The position numbers and the translations under genes were made by a program. DNA of 62,832 nt, counting the filler, from Phoronis australis (Eukaryota; Animalia; Phoronida), in NCBI GenBank assembly GCA_002633005.1. It is 9 parts of 9 records of this genome, joined end to end, with 100 filler letters (N's around TTAATTAATTAA, not from the genome) between each part and the next. Parts side by side here need not be neighbours in the genome. Positions count along the whole stretch, not along the records: positions 24,502 to 35,300 come from NMRA01001732.1; positions 35,401 to 54,213 come from NMRA01000759.1; 7 more parts are not named here. One strand, 5' to 3'. Positions 30,068 to 44,400 of the stretch are shown piece after piece. Position 1 is the stretch's first letter. Every line of letters begins with the position of its first letter. Below the pieces are notes generated by a model that saw only the letters and a program-made list of their open reading frames with translations, was not told the DNA's origin and searched no databases.

Positions 30068-31033
30068 ACAGTACACACCATGGATTTTTGCACATTTCGA
30101 ATTACCGGTGGCCACAGACTAAATGTATGACGTAAAATTTAGCCAAATCCATGATTATTGTGTGTCATTAGCTCGAAATTTTGATTTCTCTTTCAATTTT
30201 GCCAATTTCCACATTTCCCGCCATGTGACATCATGGGTTGAACACAAGAGATCAGCGACTAGCATTGAACAACGGCGTAGAGTAGGGAATTTGAAAGCGA
30301 CAACGATTATGAGCAAGAAATGAACAAATACTATGAAGAAACGTACGAGAATGGTGGCCAGGATGACGAAATGGGGTTGCACGAAAGCGAGAACGAGTTT
30401 GATATGTTTTCAGCTGCGTACTTTTCTACTTTGAGGCCTTACGAACTGGATCCTCCCGCGAGAGAAGCGGCCTCGGGCTCGGCCAGTCAACCCAGTCATC
30501 CAACAGACGATCCTGAATAAAGAGCCGATGTTTCTGAATAGTAAATATTGTCCTTTATTGAACCAGGCCTTCATCGTAACATCTCCTCTGATTGGAGTCG
30601 TAACACGACTCCTCAAAGTGGGCAGAACACAGAGTGGCCCCGGACAGAATCGCTTGGTCCACGCTGAGGTCCCACACTCTCGTTCGGCGCCCGAAGCGAT
30701 GCCACTACTGCGCAACTTTGGCGTCCTTCGGAACACCGAGACGTTCTCCGTCTGACTGCTGTTGCTGCAGCCTCCCGCGCAAACACATCTTTTCATCCCT
30801 CTACGAACCTTCTCGACGCTAAATATACTTTACGTTCACTTCACTCTATACACTTAGTTGCTGATCCGAACAGTGTGCCGAACGACTTGGTTTCAACCCA
30901 TGACGTTGTACATAATTATTATTTTTTCAATTTTTACGTGTTTCTTTATGAGCTGTGCACTAAAGGCACTGAAATCAAGTAAGATATAATAATAAAATTT
31001 ATTTTGAGGTACTAGAGTCATGTTGCGTACACT
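30068..31033. mobile_element. Kolobok-like internally deleted DNA transposon
   Basis: TTAA on both sides (30064-67, 31034-37), degenerate TIRs (11/15 match), internal inverted repeats at 30228-30248 / 30886-30906, and convergent ORF remnants including a THAP domain. Confidence 0.65.
30595..30796 (-). pseudogene. Disrupted THAP zinc-finger domain (transposase N-terminus)
   Basis: MKRCVCAGGCSN...VSV / frameshift / PKDAKVAQ*WHRFGRRTR...LCSAHFEESCY fits the THAP C2CH signature with the conserved P, W and CxxHF. Confidence 0.8.
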
Positions 31034-33218
31034 TTAAACAAAATGAACGAGAAGCCAGGTTAATCATCCTTTGACACTGCTACTTTTCGCAGTTCTGGGG
31101 ATGAATGGGTTTCTTCAACTCACCCTATTTCAGTGGTTCATAAAACGATCTCTGTGTGCAGATTAAAGAAATGTACTGCAGGATCTGTGTAAACTCAGTT
31201 CAGTTCAAATTGTCATTTACGTGACTCAGATTTTGATAAACGGAGGACATCATTTTACAAATATTGAACATTTGTTTGTCAAATGGCAACAACTGTTCAT
31301 ACCCTATCCTATCTTTCAGCTACACGTGCGAAAACCAAAATCTACGAAACACATACTTTAGCAACACGTGCATTTTGCTACTGAAAAGGGATCACTTAGC
31401 GTAATTCCACTCCCACTGATTTAAGAAATTTCTGCATTTGGGATCGACAATATATATAACACAAGCTTTCCTGTTCCTATTTCACGCGTTGTGCGTGTCC
31501 AAAATGTTACAACGGCTGCAAAGTGATGATTTGGAGTGAACGTTTTTGCGGATCCAAATTGTCGAAATTTGCTCATCCACAACATCTACTGCGTGTGGCA
31601 ATTTAGGTTTGCACGGAGCCCCTTTCGTGATGGATCGCCGCTAGTCGTAGTGCAGTTTAGCAAACACCACCAAACGTATGTTTGCAGCAACACAAAACCA
31701 CACTATTCGTGCGCTAACTTAGGTAATACTGAAATCGCAATTTTCAAACTGGCAGTCGAAGCAATCAACGAATTATATTCGGTCTATTCTTTGATCATAG
31801 TTCGGAATGCCAACTCGCCCCACAATGTCAACTAAAACAATTGTGGTTTTCAAAGTTAGTTCTGTTAGAGGCTTTAGGCCGCGGACAAATGAAAATATAG
31901 AAAATTCAAGTGTGCTGATTTAAGATGCTCAATCGGTGCCGTTTAACAGGAATTTTAATTTATAAATGTGCGAAGTCGACACACGAAATTTAGCTGAGGT
32001 AACACTTCAAGAATGTTGTAGTATTTTGTATTGAAATCGATTTTAGTACACTGCTCTTGCTTCCATTCAATTTTCGCAAAAATCAGCGGAGCCTGTGAAC
32101 GAGGCCTCTCTAGGGCCACATTAACGGGTGCTGATGGAATCACGAGGGGAAATCCGTCTTCTGCTTTTTAAAACCTAAAAGTCCATCGTACACGAGAAGA
32201 ACCTCCCTAATGCGTGTGAAGATCTAAAACCCGATTTGGCCGTTCCTGTAAGTCATTGGCTTTTTGTAGTAATGTATGTTTGTCATCCTTCTGATTATGG
32301 TAGTGGTCGGGAATTTCGATTTTATCGACACCATTTTGACTGTCTCGGTCATCACGTTTCGTCAGCACCGACATTCTCGGTTTTACACGGAAAACGTCTA
32401 ATGTAAAACCTGTTTCGAAAGTGTAGCTTTTGCGGGAAAGGTATGCAAAATGATTGTTTTATCGATCAATGCGGTATGCACCGTGAACACCGAAGCGACT
32501 TTTCAAAGGAAAGGATATTATGCCTAAAGGAGTACCAGAATGGAAACTAGTCTCGTTTGTGCTAGTCAGAATGCGCACTACTGTTCATTGGAAGGGAACA
32601 GAAATTGCACCTAAGACTTAAATTAATTTTGCGCACTAGTAAGAATGAAATCTACGGGTGTGTCTGGTGAAGACTTTCTTATAACTTTGTGTTTTTTCTT
32701 GAGACTTGTAGCGGCTATGAAATTCACGAGTGAACCTTTTTCGTATGGAAACTTTTGCAAGTTGGAAAACACGCGTTTCGGGTTAAACGGCGCATTGGAA
32801 CACTTCGCACACCGCCAGTTAGTGACTGCGTCTTTTGATACTGTCAACCGCGTATCCTGGTGTTATTTGCGAGTTGAATAATGGCACAGGCGACCCGTTG
32901 GTGACACAAGTTGGTTTCAGTTACTTGGCTGTGTGTTCCAGAGCATCTGCAGATTCGACGACAGGTAGGTAAAGCGTCCATGGATTTAGTTTGATGTCTT
33001 ACAACTATGATCGAAGAATTATGCCTACATGTCTTTCGAACGATCAATTGTTTGCTTGCGGCGACATTGTATAAGCCTATACCGACCGTTGCCAAAGTAA
33101 ACTCTGTGAGTTACATTAGACATTGGCGCTCTCAGGTATTGCATCGAGGCTTACCGTTGCCAATGCGGAAACTGGGAGGTGAGGAATTGTGATTAGTGAG
33201 GCTGTAGCTGTACTCTCC

Positions 33219-33364
33219 CGTGGCGGATTTAGAGGGGGCCATGCCCCCCCTAAAATTTTCCAAGATCCATTGGGCAGATAGGGAGTGCCAATGTCTGACA
33301 GGCAAAATTCTGACTAATACTCTGCCCTGGCCTCCCCTAACTCAAAATCCTGGATCCGCCCATG
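33219..33364 (+). mobile_element. Short MITE (GTGGCGGAT...ATCCGCCCATG family)
   Basis: Inverted termini. A homologous copy lies in opposite orientation at about 61389-61566, and a similar terminus at 8119-8145. Confidence 0.7.
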
Positions 33365-35400
33365 TGTCTCCCCCGTCCCGGCCTACCCGCGGCATTGCAA
33401 GTTATTGCACTTTCCGGGTCGTCAGCTGTTTACGTCACAGTCACTCGTCATTGAGAATCGACTGCTAAAAAATTAAATGTAGCTTTTGTCTTAATTCCTA
33501 TTTTCCTAGAAATTGAACGAACAGTTTACACAATTCGCTCTTGCATGCATGTGTTCTGTTGGATATTCTTGATACTTCGGTGTATGTCTTGAGTTTTCAA
33601 AGAACACTAGTTTGAGAAAATTGTTTAGAAGGTTTTCAGTCGAATTAGGAGAATCTCAAAACGAGTGGTTTATGCTAATTGTGGTTCACTGAGAGAGGTT
33701 GCAATAGTTAGCAAATTTAAAGGTGCGTTTCATTCCCTTTTGGTATATGAACGTTGGCTTATGGCTCGTTACAGAACACCATTGCGTGCGGGTACTATTC
33801 TCAGCTTTAAGGTGATTCTCGCTGTGACGTAGACAAAATCAAACCAATACACCTGTTCGTTACGTTTGACAACTAGTGGGCTCAGAGCTATGATACTGTA
33901 TAGGAACCAAATTCAGGTGTTACCGTTCAAGATAGACTTTAATCCAATACTATCGCCTCCAAACATATCCACTACAACTGGACAACTCTGGTCTAGAAAT
34001 TTACTCAAAGTTTCAGACTCATGCCCGAATACTTTACATACCGGTTTGATCCCCTGAAAGGCGCTCTGAGCGTCTTGATCCTTGATGCGCAGTGAAATCG
34101 TAAACCTGCGCTGTTTTAATGAGTCTATTTTTTACTTTTTATTTTTTATTCTCATTGGAAACCAAATATACTTAAAAGGATACTAATCCCTGTTTTGATG
34201 ATTGCCACCAATCCTCGTTCTGTCACCTGCTAATGCATCACTGGCGTCAATCTTCCAAGTTAAAAGCAGGAATCGACTAAGAACTCTCCATGTCACAGAT
34301 TGGACATTGAAGTCCTTATTGGGTGATTTTTCCCCAAAGTTCCCTTTTAATTCGCTACAAGCGTAGGTACAGCTTGCCAACGTTTAGCAGACTTTGAAGG
34401 GAGTTTTTGAAATTTCCTCCAAACCTTTGAGGGTTGTCGAGGGTTACATAGCATTATATTGATTCACAGAACTGGATAGGAAAGTCGTTTTTAGCATATG
34501 TAAATAGGTCAAAACGGGTTTGATGCCATTTTAAGCATATACTAGATCACGGGTCAAAAATTCCCAAACGCGTTTATGTAAACTGGCAAAAAATACTCCC
34601 TAATATATGGTTACGATTAATTTTCTTCGGTTGGAAATTTGGGAGAAAGAACACAGGTGGTGCGCTGTGAGTAGTTTAGGAACAAAATTCAAGTGGGTGA
34701 GGTGGACGTGAACTGCAAGTTGGTGGATTCCTTGAGCGAACCTCAAGGGGGGGGGGGGTGGTGGCGCGTGCGTTCGCCTCATCCCTGCTTGGCTATACGA
34801 CCATGAATACTGAGATCAAAGTTAACTATACGAACAATTAAAAAAATACATAAATAACTAAAATTAAAACACTCTAACGAACAAGCACTTGGCGAAATGA
34901 ACAAAATGAAAAAGATATCAGCCACAAAGTAATTGTTTCAGGGTCAACAAGACATTTGTTTTCAAGTCGAATGTCGCTTTTAAGGCCACAAATTACAATT
35001 CCCCGTTTATTCTTAGTGATAAGCCGTGTGGTTATTTCAGTGTTTAAATGCCCTGTCGGTGATTGGGACAACGATTCAAACAATTGGTGCCTTCGCTTAT
35101 ATACGTCGACCCGAATGCCCACAATATGTCAAAATGGAGCGAGGCATAGACGCTTTGCCTCCGCGTTGCCCTACCGGGCCTGCCGTGTCCCAATACAAAG
35201 GAACGATACGACATTCTTACGGAGCTCTTGACAACCCACGGTAAGAGCCAGAATAGTCAAATCTGTGTCCAAGGCCATCTACTTCGTATTTGAAAGTAAT
35301 NNNNNNNNNNNNNNNNNNNNNNNNNNNNNNNNNNNNNNNNNNNNTTAATTAATTAANNNNNNNNNNNNNNNNNNNNNNNNNNNNNNNNNNNNNNNNNNNN

Positions 35401-38400
35401 TGAAGATTGGTGACAAACTCTCCGATCAAGTCATGACTGAAATCAAAAGCAAAGAGGGCAAATGTCAAAGTTCAAAAGACAGCATTCAGTGACGATCGAG
35501 TATAAATGTTATAATCAGACTTCATAATAGTTTACCAAGTTTCAGGTCAAATTAATATGACATTTTGAAGTTTGGTGGAAATTTCCCTCAAGACCGGGCA
35601 AACAATTAATACAAGCTCTTTTCTTGGCAAGTATTATTCATCATGTGTTTGTCAACACATCTAAGAAATCTCACAACAAAAACAGCTTGAGGTCATCCAA
35701 TCGTTTGCAACAATAGTTGCCACTAAATTTCCCCTAACTGTTATCACTCATTGGATTAAAGTGGAACTTGCAGGCTAATTCCTTATCTCTGTGATTGCTT
35801 GGTCAAGTAGTTAGAAGCAAAACATATGAAATAGGTTGAAAATTGCCCAATGTCCTTAAGAACGAGTTTGTGTCGAAAATGATCCACGTAAATGATCCAC
35901 GTAAATCACTCAACCGTGTCACGTAGTTATCCTGACATAATGTTGGGGAATAACATTGCACGATGTGGGCTATGTGAACCCCAAGGTAAGTCATTAGACA
36001 AGTGCAAAGGTTACCTATTTGCAGAATTTTTGTTTTCACAAGTTGTCAATGAATACAACCGCACTTTGTTTAGAGTAGATGATGTTCAAATAGCAATGTT
36101 GTTTAGTTAATACTATGCAATAGCAGTTAGGAGCATGCAAATACATCTTTAAGTGACTACATAATCTTATATAACAAGAAAAAATAAAACGAAACAAATC
36201 AGTTAAGGCAATAAAAATAGAGGATGCTACAGTCTGATGTTGGAAAATAAATAGGCATCAGAAGTGGACATAACAATACCTATAAATAAATATCACCATT
36301 TACCTGCCATCTCTGTCCCAGTCGTAACATTCTACTTTTATCGAGCGTGCATAATCACCATTACAAAGCACTCGTGTCAAGATGGTGAATGGACGCCATG
36401 TTGGATTCAGTGTGTTCTTGATAACCTCTGTTTTGTGAGCCACAGTGAAACTGTAACAAACATGAATATATTATTAAATTATTATTGTTATATCAGGAAG
36501 GCCTTCCTGCTTAAACCTACATAACATTCATGACTAAGCACTGTACAACAAACAAAAATATCCTGAGAAATTAATAATTGAAACTTTTTGTTGAAGAGTG
36601 CTAAGATAATTAAGCCCAAAAGCATAATTAGTTGGTCCTGGTCAGAGTTTTTTTTTGGAAAATCAAGTTGGTTAGTTGCTCACTAAAACGAAAATCCATT
36701 TGCGATGAAAAAAATGAAGCAGGATTTGTTTTTTACACATCACTTGACAAATCATGGCATTTCAAACTTTGCTTAGCCCTGCTTACAAGCTTTTGTGCAA
36801 CTTTTAATACGGTAAAGCAAGAGACTTTGGATTAAATTGATTTTTTTGGCTTTGATGCATTTTATGTGAAGCATACGGTAAGAACAGAACAAAGTCCAAC
36901 ATTCCTACCTCATATCTTCGTTGACCCTGTAGAACACAAGAAATGGATCGGACTTGCCGAAGAAATCTTTCTTGTCGAGTTTATGTCCAGCAAATTGCAT
37001 CGTAATTTCCTCTTTGCATTGGGACAACTCCTCCGCTGTTACTACTTAGAGAAAACGACATGGAAATAATTGAGCTACAATAAATTCTACACTACCTTCA
37101 CTAATTTAGCAAGCTTCAGCAGACAGTGAGAACGTAATGTATGTCTATTTGGAAAACAGAAATGATGCTAGAACACAGCACAAAAGCGACGTTTCAATTA
37201 GTTAAATACCATCCTCAGGTAAAATAGTCAGACAGAACAAAATATCGGGTAACAAAATGTTCACTTCACATCACAGTGCACGCTGCAGTCTAGCATAATT
37301 TTTGTTTCCCATTTCTAAGCGCTAAATTGGCCGAAAACTAAATTTAAATGTCATTTATGCACAGTCACACCACATTGTCAAAATTTTGCAAGTTTTGGGA
37401 TAATTTTGTCAATCGGGCAACCACTGGGGCATTTTAGCACTTGAAACTTTAACAAAATCATGTCTTGGTTTAATCTGTATGCACCAACAACAGTTGCACC
37501 AAATGAATGCACCCGGGGAATTCATCAAAGATTAAGATTGAACAGGTCCCTAGAGCAGAAATTTAAAGCGCTACATAAAATTTTTTGAACAAAGTTGCTT
37601 AAACCTCCACCCCGTTCCATTGAATTTCATCAAGATGTCAGGATTGACTCGGACATTCTGAGAATGCGTGTGGTGTGAGAGAGCCTTAAACAAACACACC
37701 TGCAATTTCTCTAGCTGCAGTAAACAGTCTCACATTGCCACCTTAGTGCAAACAAGAAACAGCAATTAGCAACCATAATGCAAAGCTGTTCTATGTGTTA
37801 TCACAGTGATACTGGCCTCCCTATTCAAACAAGAAATGCCAAAGGAAGTATAAGTTAAAAGCAGACACTGCTGAAAGTGGGGAACGATTTTTTAATGCAA
37901 GCAAGATATAACCAATCAACACAACACAACACAAAGTAGTAACACTATCAATCACGAGAAAATATAGGGTTCATAAAATGATGATAAATAAGGCCCAAAT
38001 ATGATCAGTCATCATGTAAAACGATCAGCGTCTCTTTCAGTTAATCAGCACAATGAAGTCATGCTAGATATGAAAACAGAAATGCAGTCCAAATATCAAA
38101 TTTACCGAAACGCTGTGGTCCCATAGCTGTATCGTAAAGCCACAGAAAACGTGTTCTACGAATCTGTTCAAGACAAAAAGCAAAACTGTTCGAATTGAAC
38201 AACTTGTTGATGTATCAACAATATTTTACAGCTTAGAACTGAAGTCCGTAAATTGTCCACCTAGACGCGGTTTTTGCAAAAGGCAGGCAATACGGCTTGC
38301 AGTCATTGGGCAGGAATGATGCCCAAACATTAGTAGTACACATGTATTCCGTGGCTTTAAGAGATTTAAGCAATTTTTGTTGAAATTTGAATGGTACGCA

Positions 38401-41400
38401 TTAAGCACTTACAGATGATAGAGCCACTGTTTACTTTGGGACCCCTGAAAGATTAAAGCGTAAACTACAGGGCATGGCCTAATACAACCTAACGCTAAAG
38501 CACTGGTCAGCTGCTACGAATTATCTACTACAAAACAGCAAAAAATATAACTGTGCCTGGAATGTCTGAACACAGGCCCATCGATGGATATTCGGAAACA
38601 ACCTTTTTTAAAAAACGTCAATTGAAACCGAATGTATGCCAGGGCGTATTTTCGGAATTTGTGTCAAACATGCCATGATGCAGCTTTGTTAAACAAATAT
38701 GTGAAGTTTTTTATGAAATAAATATGTCCTTTTCAATGCAAGTAGCTGTACCTCACTAGTAAGAATTTTATTCGTCCATACACAATGCATTAAAATTGCC
38801 CTTCACACTGTGGTAACAGAACTATTCATCAGATTTTCATAACATGCAAACAATTACGCCCATGGGCATTCTTTTGGAAAACTTTCTGAAAATACGCACA
38901 TGGGTGTATTTTGAGTGCACCTATTTTCAGAAATTCCGAATACTAAACAAAAGCAACAATCAAAGACTCAATGGATCTGAAATTGTTTGACAAAGGAGGT
39001 GAAATCAACAAAGTAAAAAAGTAAATGATGTCAACAACACAAAAATTGGTCTTTTTATGAATCTCCGAGTAACCACAGTGAATGACAGAAAAATGTCTTG
39101 TGCAAGGTAAGTAAATTGGACCACGCCTATAAGACCCACGACACTCATTATAAAAGCTTGTGTGATCACGTGTCTCTCTTGTAACGCATGCGATACCTGA
39201 AATCAAAGCATGGTATACAGACTGGTGCAATTACATGGTAGGTTACTAAGCCAGCGATGATTAGGAAAATATGTGAGATGTCACACAAGACGAACGAGCA
39301 TGTGGAATTAAAGCAACATCGAATGAAATAAAATGTAAAGTGACGAGCGACGAACAATAAATCCAGGAGGCAGTGAGGCCTAGTGGGTTGAGTGTCCACC
39401 TACTGTTCTGAAGGCCCTGAGTTCAATTCCCACTGGAACTCACTGCTAAACCCATGTGAGCCCATTGCACTGATCACCTGGGACTATGTTTATGCTTTAC
39501 TATAACCAAGCTGAGGAGCTAGCAACCTGACTCAAGGGCTTAGGAGTGTGACCGAGTTTCGACTCAAACCCACCACCTCGCGTAAAAAAAGCGGGCACCT
39601 ATCACGCTTGGTCACACTCCCTCCCCTAATAAGCTGAAAGCGTACCAAGACATTTTGAGAACATTAAATTATACCCAACACCTGTTAAGTCTATCATATC
39701 AGAATCCTGGTCAAATTCAATTGTTCAAAAAATATTTGCAGCTTTTGTATCGCTCCATTGTCTAAAATGAAACTTTAAAATTTGGCTGTAATGAGGCGTT
39801 TCCATCGTTTAACATGGATTAGTACAAAGTTACCAAAGTCCGAGCCAGCATCACTCTACGGAATACATCTGACCAGGCCATCAGGGGATGCAGTATCCAG
39901 TCACGCACTGGAAGGAAGTGGTCCACCACTTTAGCGATCAGTGAAGCAGAGAGTCGGCTGAGGCACAGGCAGTTAGTAGGAACAGCTTGCCAGGGTAGGC
40001 AAGGGCTGGGCTACAAGACCGATAAGCCAACAAGGGAAAGATCTAAAGACACGGGCAGAGACAGAATAATCAGGGAGGTTAGATCATCAGAGAACGAAGA
40101 AAGGTACGCCCGAGCAGTCCAGATGGGCCAACAGGGAGCATGGACCAAGTGGGACAAAGTCTTACAAAGGGAAGTCAAGTGGGCTGATTTGTGGAAGATG
40201 TCTCCTCTGAAAGCCAAATTCCTCATTAGATCTGTTTACGACGTACTGCCGACTCCCAGCAACCTTGCTACTTGGGGCCTTGCTGACAACACGAGCTGTA
40301 TTCAGTGTGGACGCAGATGTACGTTAGAGCACATCCTATCATCTTGCTGTCCTTGGCATCAGGAAGGTACACTTACCGACACAACCAGGTACTAAAAGTT
40401 TTTGCAAGGGTGCTGGTCGACGAGGTGAAGAGCAAACCGAAGCCGAGAAGCCACCGCGTCGAATTCATCAATTTCATAAGAAGTGGTAATGAGGCGAGTA
40501 AAAGGAAGACCCCTTCGCAGAAAGGTATCTTGCACACAGCCAACTACTGGAGAGTGTGGGCAGACCTTCCCGGTCATCAGTCATTCTTCCCTTTAACACA
40601 TTGTCCAGACGACCCAGCGCCCTGACTTGGTTATATACTCGTTCAGTTCCCACCAGGTCATCTTAATTGAGCTCACTATCCCGTGGGAGAGTAGGGTGGA
40701 AGAGGCGCACGAGCGAAAGAACTTGAAGTATGCAGACCTTAGGAATGACTGTCACGTTAACGGCTGGAGATGTTGGAGTTTTCCTGTGGAGGTCGGCTGC
40801 CGGGTTTTCCTGCCACTTCGGTCATTACCATGGCGAGGTGTCTTGGTGTCTCCGTGTCAGGAAAGAAGGCTCTGCTACGCTACGCAGCCACTGAAGCTGA
40901 ACAGGCATCTTATTGGATTTGGATTAAATACCAACAGCAACACCACCAACAACCGTCAGACAGAGCCTGATCAACTCTGTTGTCCCGCCTACTAGAGATG
41001 GTCTTGGTTTAGGGACGAAACCATTAAGGACAGTAGGAGACCAACTGAAGATGGCGGTTGAGCAAAGTTCCATCAAGTGTTTAAAGTAAGTTCTTTTAAA
41101 AGATTCTGTTTAAGTCTAGTTACAATAGTCCACTCAATAGTCACTACAGTGGCATGTATTTAACTTTATGCGTCACTCACAGATTTAATGTAAAGAAATC
41201 AACAATCTTTTCTCATGAAGATATTCATGCAGCTTTTCGATTTGAAAAGCATAAAATTTACAACAGAATATATCAAGCCCTGACAGCAGTTTGGCATGAC
41301 AAACAGACTTACTTGAGCGGCCTCTGTAGGCGACTACTGCTCACTACTTCACCGAGAGTGCACTCCATACTGCCAAGGAAGTCCTACAAGAAATATGAAA

Positions 41401-44400
41401 CAAAAAATTAATATAAACGCTCCTATTGGCAAAATATATTAACTCAACATATTACTGAGTTGATGGGCAACTAAACACTCTACACAGCTCTTCTTCAGAT
41501 AGCTGTCATTGTTTGAGAAAACAGCAGGTTCCTAGCAGTGTAAATAGACAGAATTATACTACAGTCGACCAAAATATAACAACCGCATAAAGACATTTTT
41601 TAATTTAGTCAATTTTGTAGAAGTTAAGGATACTTACATGCTGCCGGAGGTCAGAGCTTTTTGAATCTACATCATAACTGGAAAAGAAAATAGGAAATCA
41701 TCAGCAGATCTTTGCCATGTAAATTTGCAGAGATGTGGATAAATACCCCTTACTTTACCAGACAATTCTCAGTTATTGCAACATGTAAAGCTTGGTGTCA
41801 ATTAACACGTAACCCGCTCCACAAGGTTATTAAGCCATAGAACACAATTTTTCCCAAAAATGCAAATTAAAATCGCATTTGTGGTAGATGCAAGGACCGA
41901 ATGAAGAATAATACAGTACCACTTCCTAACCAAAACAGAAAAGTCATTTAAAGAAAGAAGTCGGCAGTATATGCAAAAATGTCAAAATTTTCTAGACACA
42001 TGCCTTGCCCTCAATGACGTGCTGTCGCTGAGTATATACTGACAAAAGTTTATGTCATGATTTGTGAAACAATGTCAACAGTTAAACTCAACAATGACCT
42101 AGTTTGTACTTGAATGCTATTGGTTAATTTAGAAACGAGACCGACCCTAGAGATCTTAATCTGGCGGAAGCAGAAACAGATGTCGAAATTGCCATTTTGG
42201 AGGTGGTCTTTTTTATCCACAAATTTCTTTAATTTTGGGTTGCTAATTCTTGTGCAGGAAACGTGAACAGAACAGAAGTTGAACGTTTTATAACCCAGGT
42301 GTGTTTTTAAACTGTTGTGAAGGTCGCATATTACATATTTTGTCAAATTTCTTTGACGACAGCTGTTTGCAAAAACGTCAAGCATAAGCCAGCGCATTTG
42401 AATAGCGGTGGTTTGTGACTGGGTCTCAAGCAATACCGAACTATCAGAGCTTTCAGATCCCAGAAACCGTACCGAATTTGACTAAGGATCAATTTGAGAC
42501 CAACTTCACAATGGTAATAAGTGATCTACAACAAAACTAGTTTTTATCAACAGAAAGACACTTTACAACCACTTAAACAAATCATACTGTATGCCGTACC
42601 GTACGCCGTACTGTACACCGTACTGTACACCGTACTGTATGCCCTACTGTACACTGTACTCACATTTCAAACTTAAGTTGTTGCCTTTCTTCAAAGAAAT
42701 ATTCCATTTCAAATTTTTTCACAAAGTCTGGGTTGAGATTGTTCCATATAATTTCTGACCTTCCAAACTGCAACAGACACATACATTTCACTTCAAATCA
42801 CACGCCACATGACATGGAGATAATCCGACCACTTTTTAAGTAAGATAATATGCTAAAAAATGTTGAATTACGAAGTAAATGCTTTTAAACAATACTCATT
42901 TATTTATTTAAGAATATAATGATACTTTGGAATCTTAATATGAATTTCACTTTTCGTAACACTTACCTGCCGCCAATCTGAATGTCCAAAGTCTTTTACA
43001 TACAAAACACATACTGAAATATAGAATAGAATGGAATTCTCGGTAAGCTACTACCAGTCTATATAAAAAGGAGAAAAATGACAAACACTGCAAACAAATA
43101 TGTTATCGCATTTGTCTCCATGAAAGGTTTGTGTGATCAGAGCGAGGGAGATCATTCATATTCACAAGGTGTCCGCAGGCGTGTACCAAAAATTGGGGGT
43201 AAGCAATACTTTTCCAACAAGTTTTGTGGGACCCACGCGGGGTCCAATAGGCCCCTAAATTTTCATGCAAAAGGCGGTGAGGCAGAAAAATCTACCGTGC
43301 AAAAGAAGGTGGGAATTAGAAGACACCCGCAGTAGGGGTTCTCCCAGCACTTTTTGGTACACGCCTACAGGCACCTTGTCAATATGAGTGACCCCCCCGG
43401 ATCAGAGTCAGCAAACAAAATTAGCTGTTAGGTCAAGCTACCTCAGGTTCAGCATGGTTTCAACTAACAATGAATTGCTTGATTCTTTCTGAGCTGAGAA
43501 ATCATTTTACGACAGTAAAAATTGTCCAATCCTTTGTGAGAACAGGCAAGTTTATTACAAATTTAACTTCAGTCTATGCTATGCTATGCTATGCTATGCT
43601 AACAACTAACAAACAGTTGTATCATGAAAAAAAACACATAACACCCTACCAAAGGTAATTCCACTTAGACGACGAGGGACTTTTGCCAAGTTGCATTTGG
43701 CGAGTTAAGCATTGAAGCCTCATGGTAATGTGCAGTTCACTCATATATAGGTCAAGTTTAGAATGTGTGTGGTATTAAAGCAAAACTTACATGGGTCTGA
43801 CTTGGAGAATACATCCATGTCTATCAAGTTTCTGGAAGTAAAGCATTAGATGATAGATTAGCTAGAAGAACATTTTATTATTATAATCAAAAAAAGCTTG
43901 GACATCAAATTTAGAGTCCTTATCCCTAAGCCTGCATTATCAATTTAAGAACATGCGTATATTCCTGCAAGTGCAAAGCCTGTAGACTTTCATTTTTTAC
44001 CTTATACCAGGATAAGCCCACCTGATGAAACGCCAATAGATGGTTATTCGGAAAATTATGCCAAATTGGCGTTTATTTGGTGTTACAACTTCTAGTGTCA
44101 GGTGTCCAGATAGTGGGGCATTAATTCGGAAAATTTCCTTTTAAAGCCCAACTTTTAGTCACAAATTCAGTTTTGTGGAGCATTTATTATTTATAAAAAC
44201 GAACAAAATGCTGACAAACTATGCATTTATCGACATAAAATTCAAAAACACATTTATAAGTAAATTTTTTTAAGTCACTGGATTTCATTTGGTTAGTTTT
44301 TACCTGCCCCGTGCAAAGCAATATATTTATAAAGCTTTCAGTCAGTCAGCTACCTGTAATTGTTGTATCAAGACTAGGCAACACGTAGCCCCCTCTGTTG

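Noticed and set aside
35133-35246. GC-richer segment ending in a GTAAGA donor
   Set aside because: It could be an exon, but no frame gives a recognisable protein and the contig ends shortly after.
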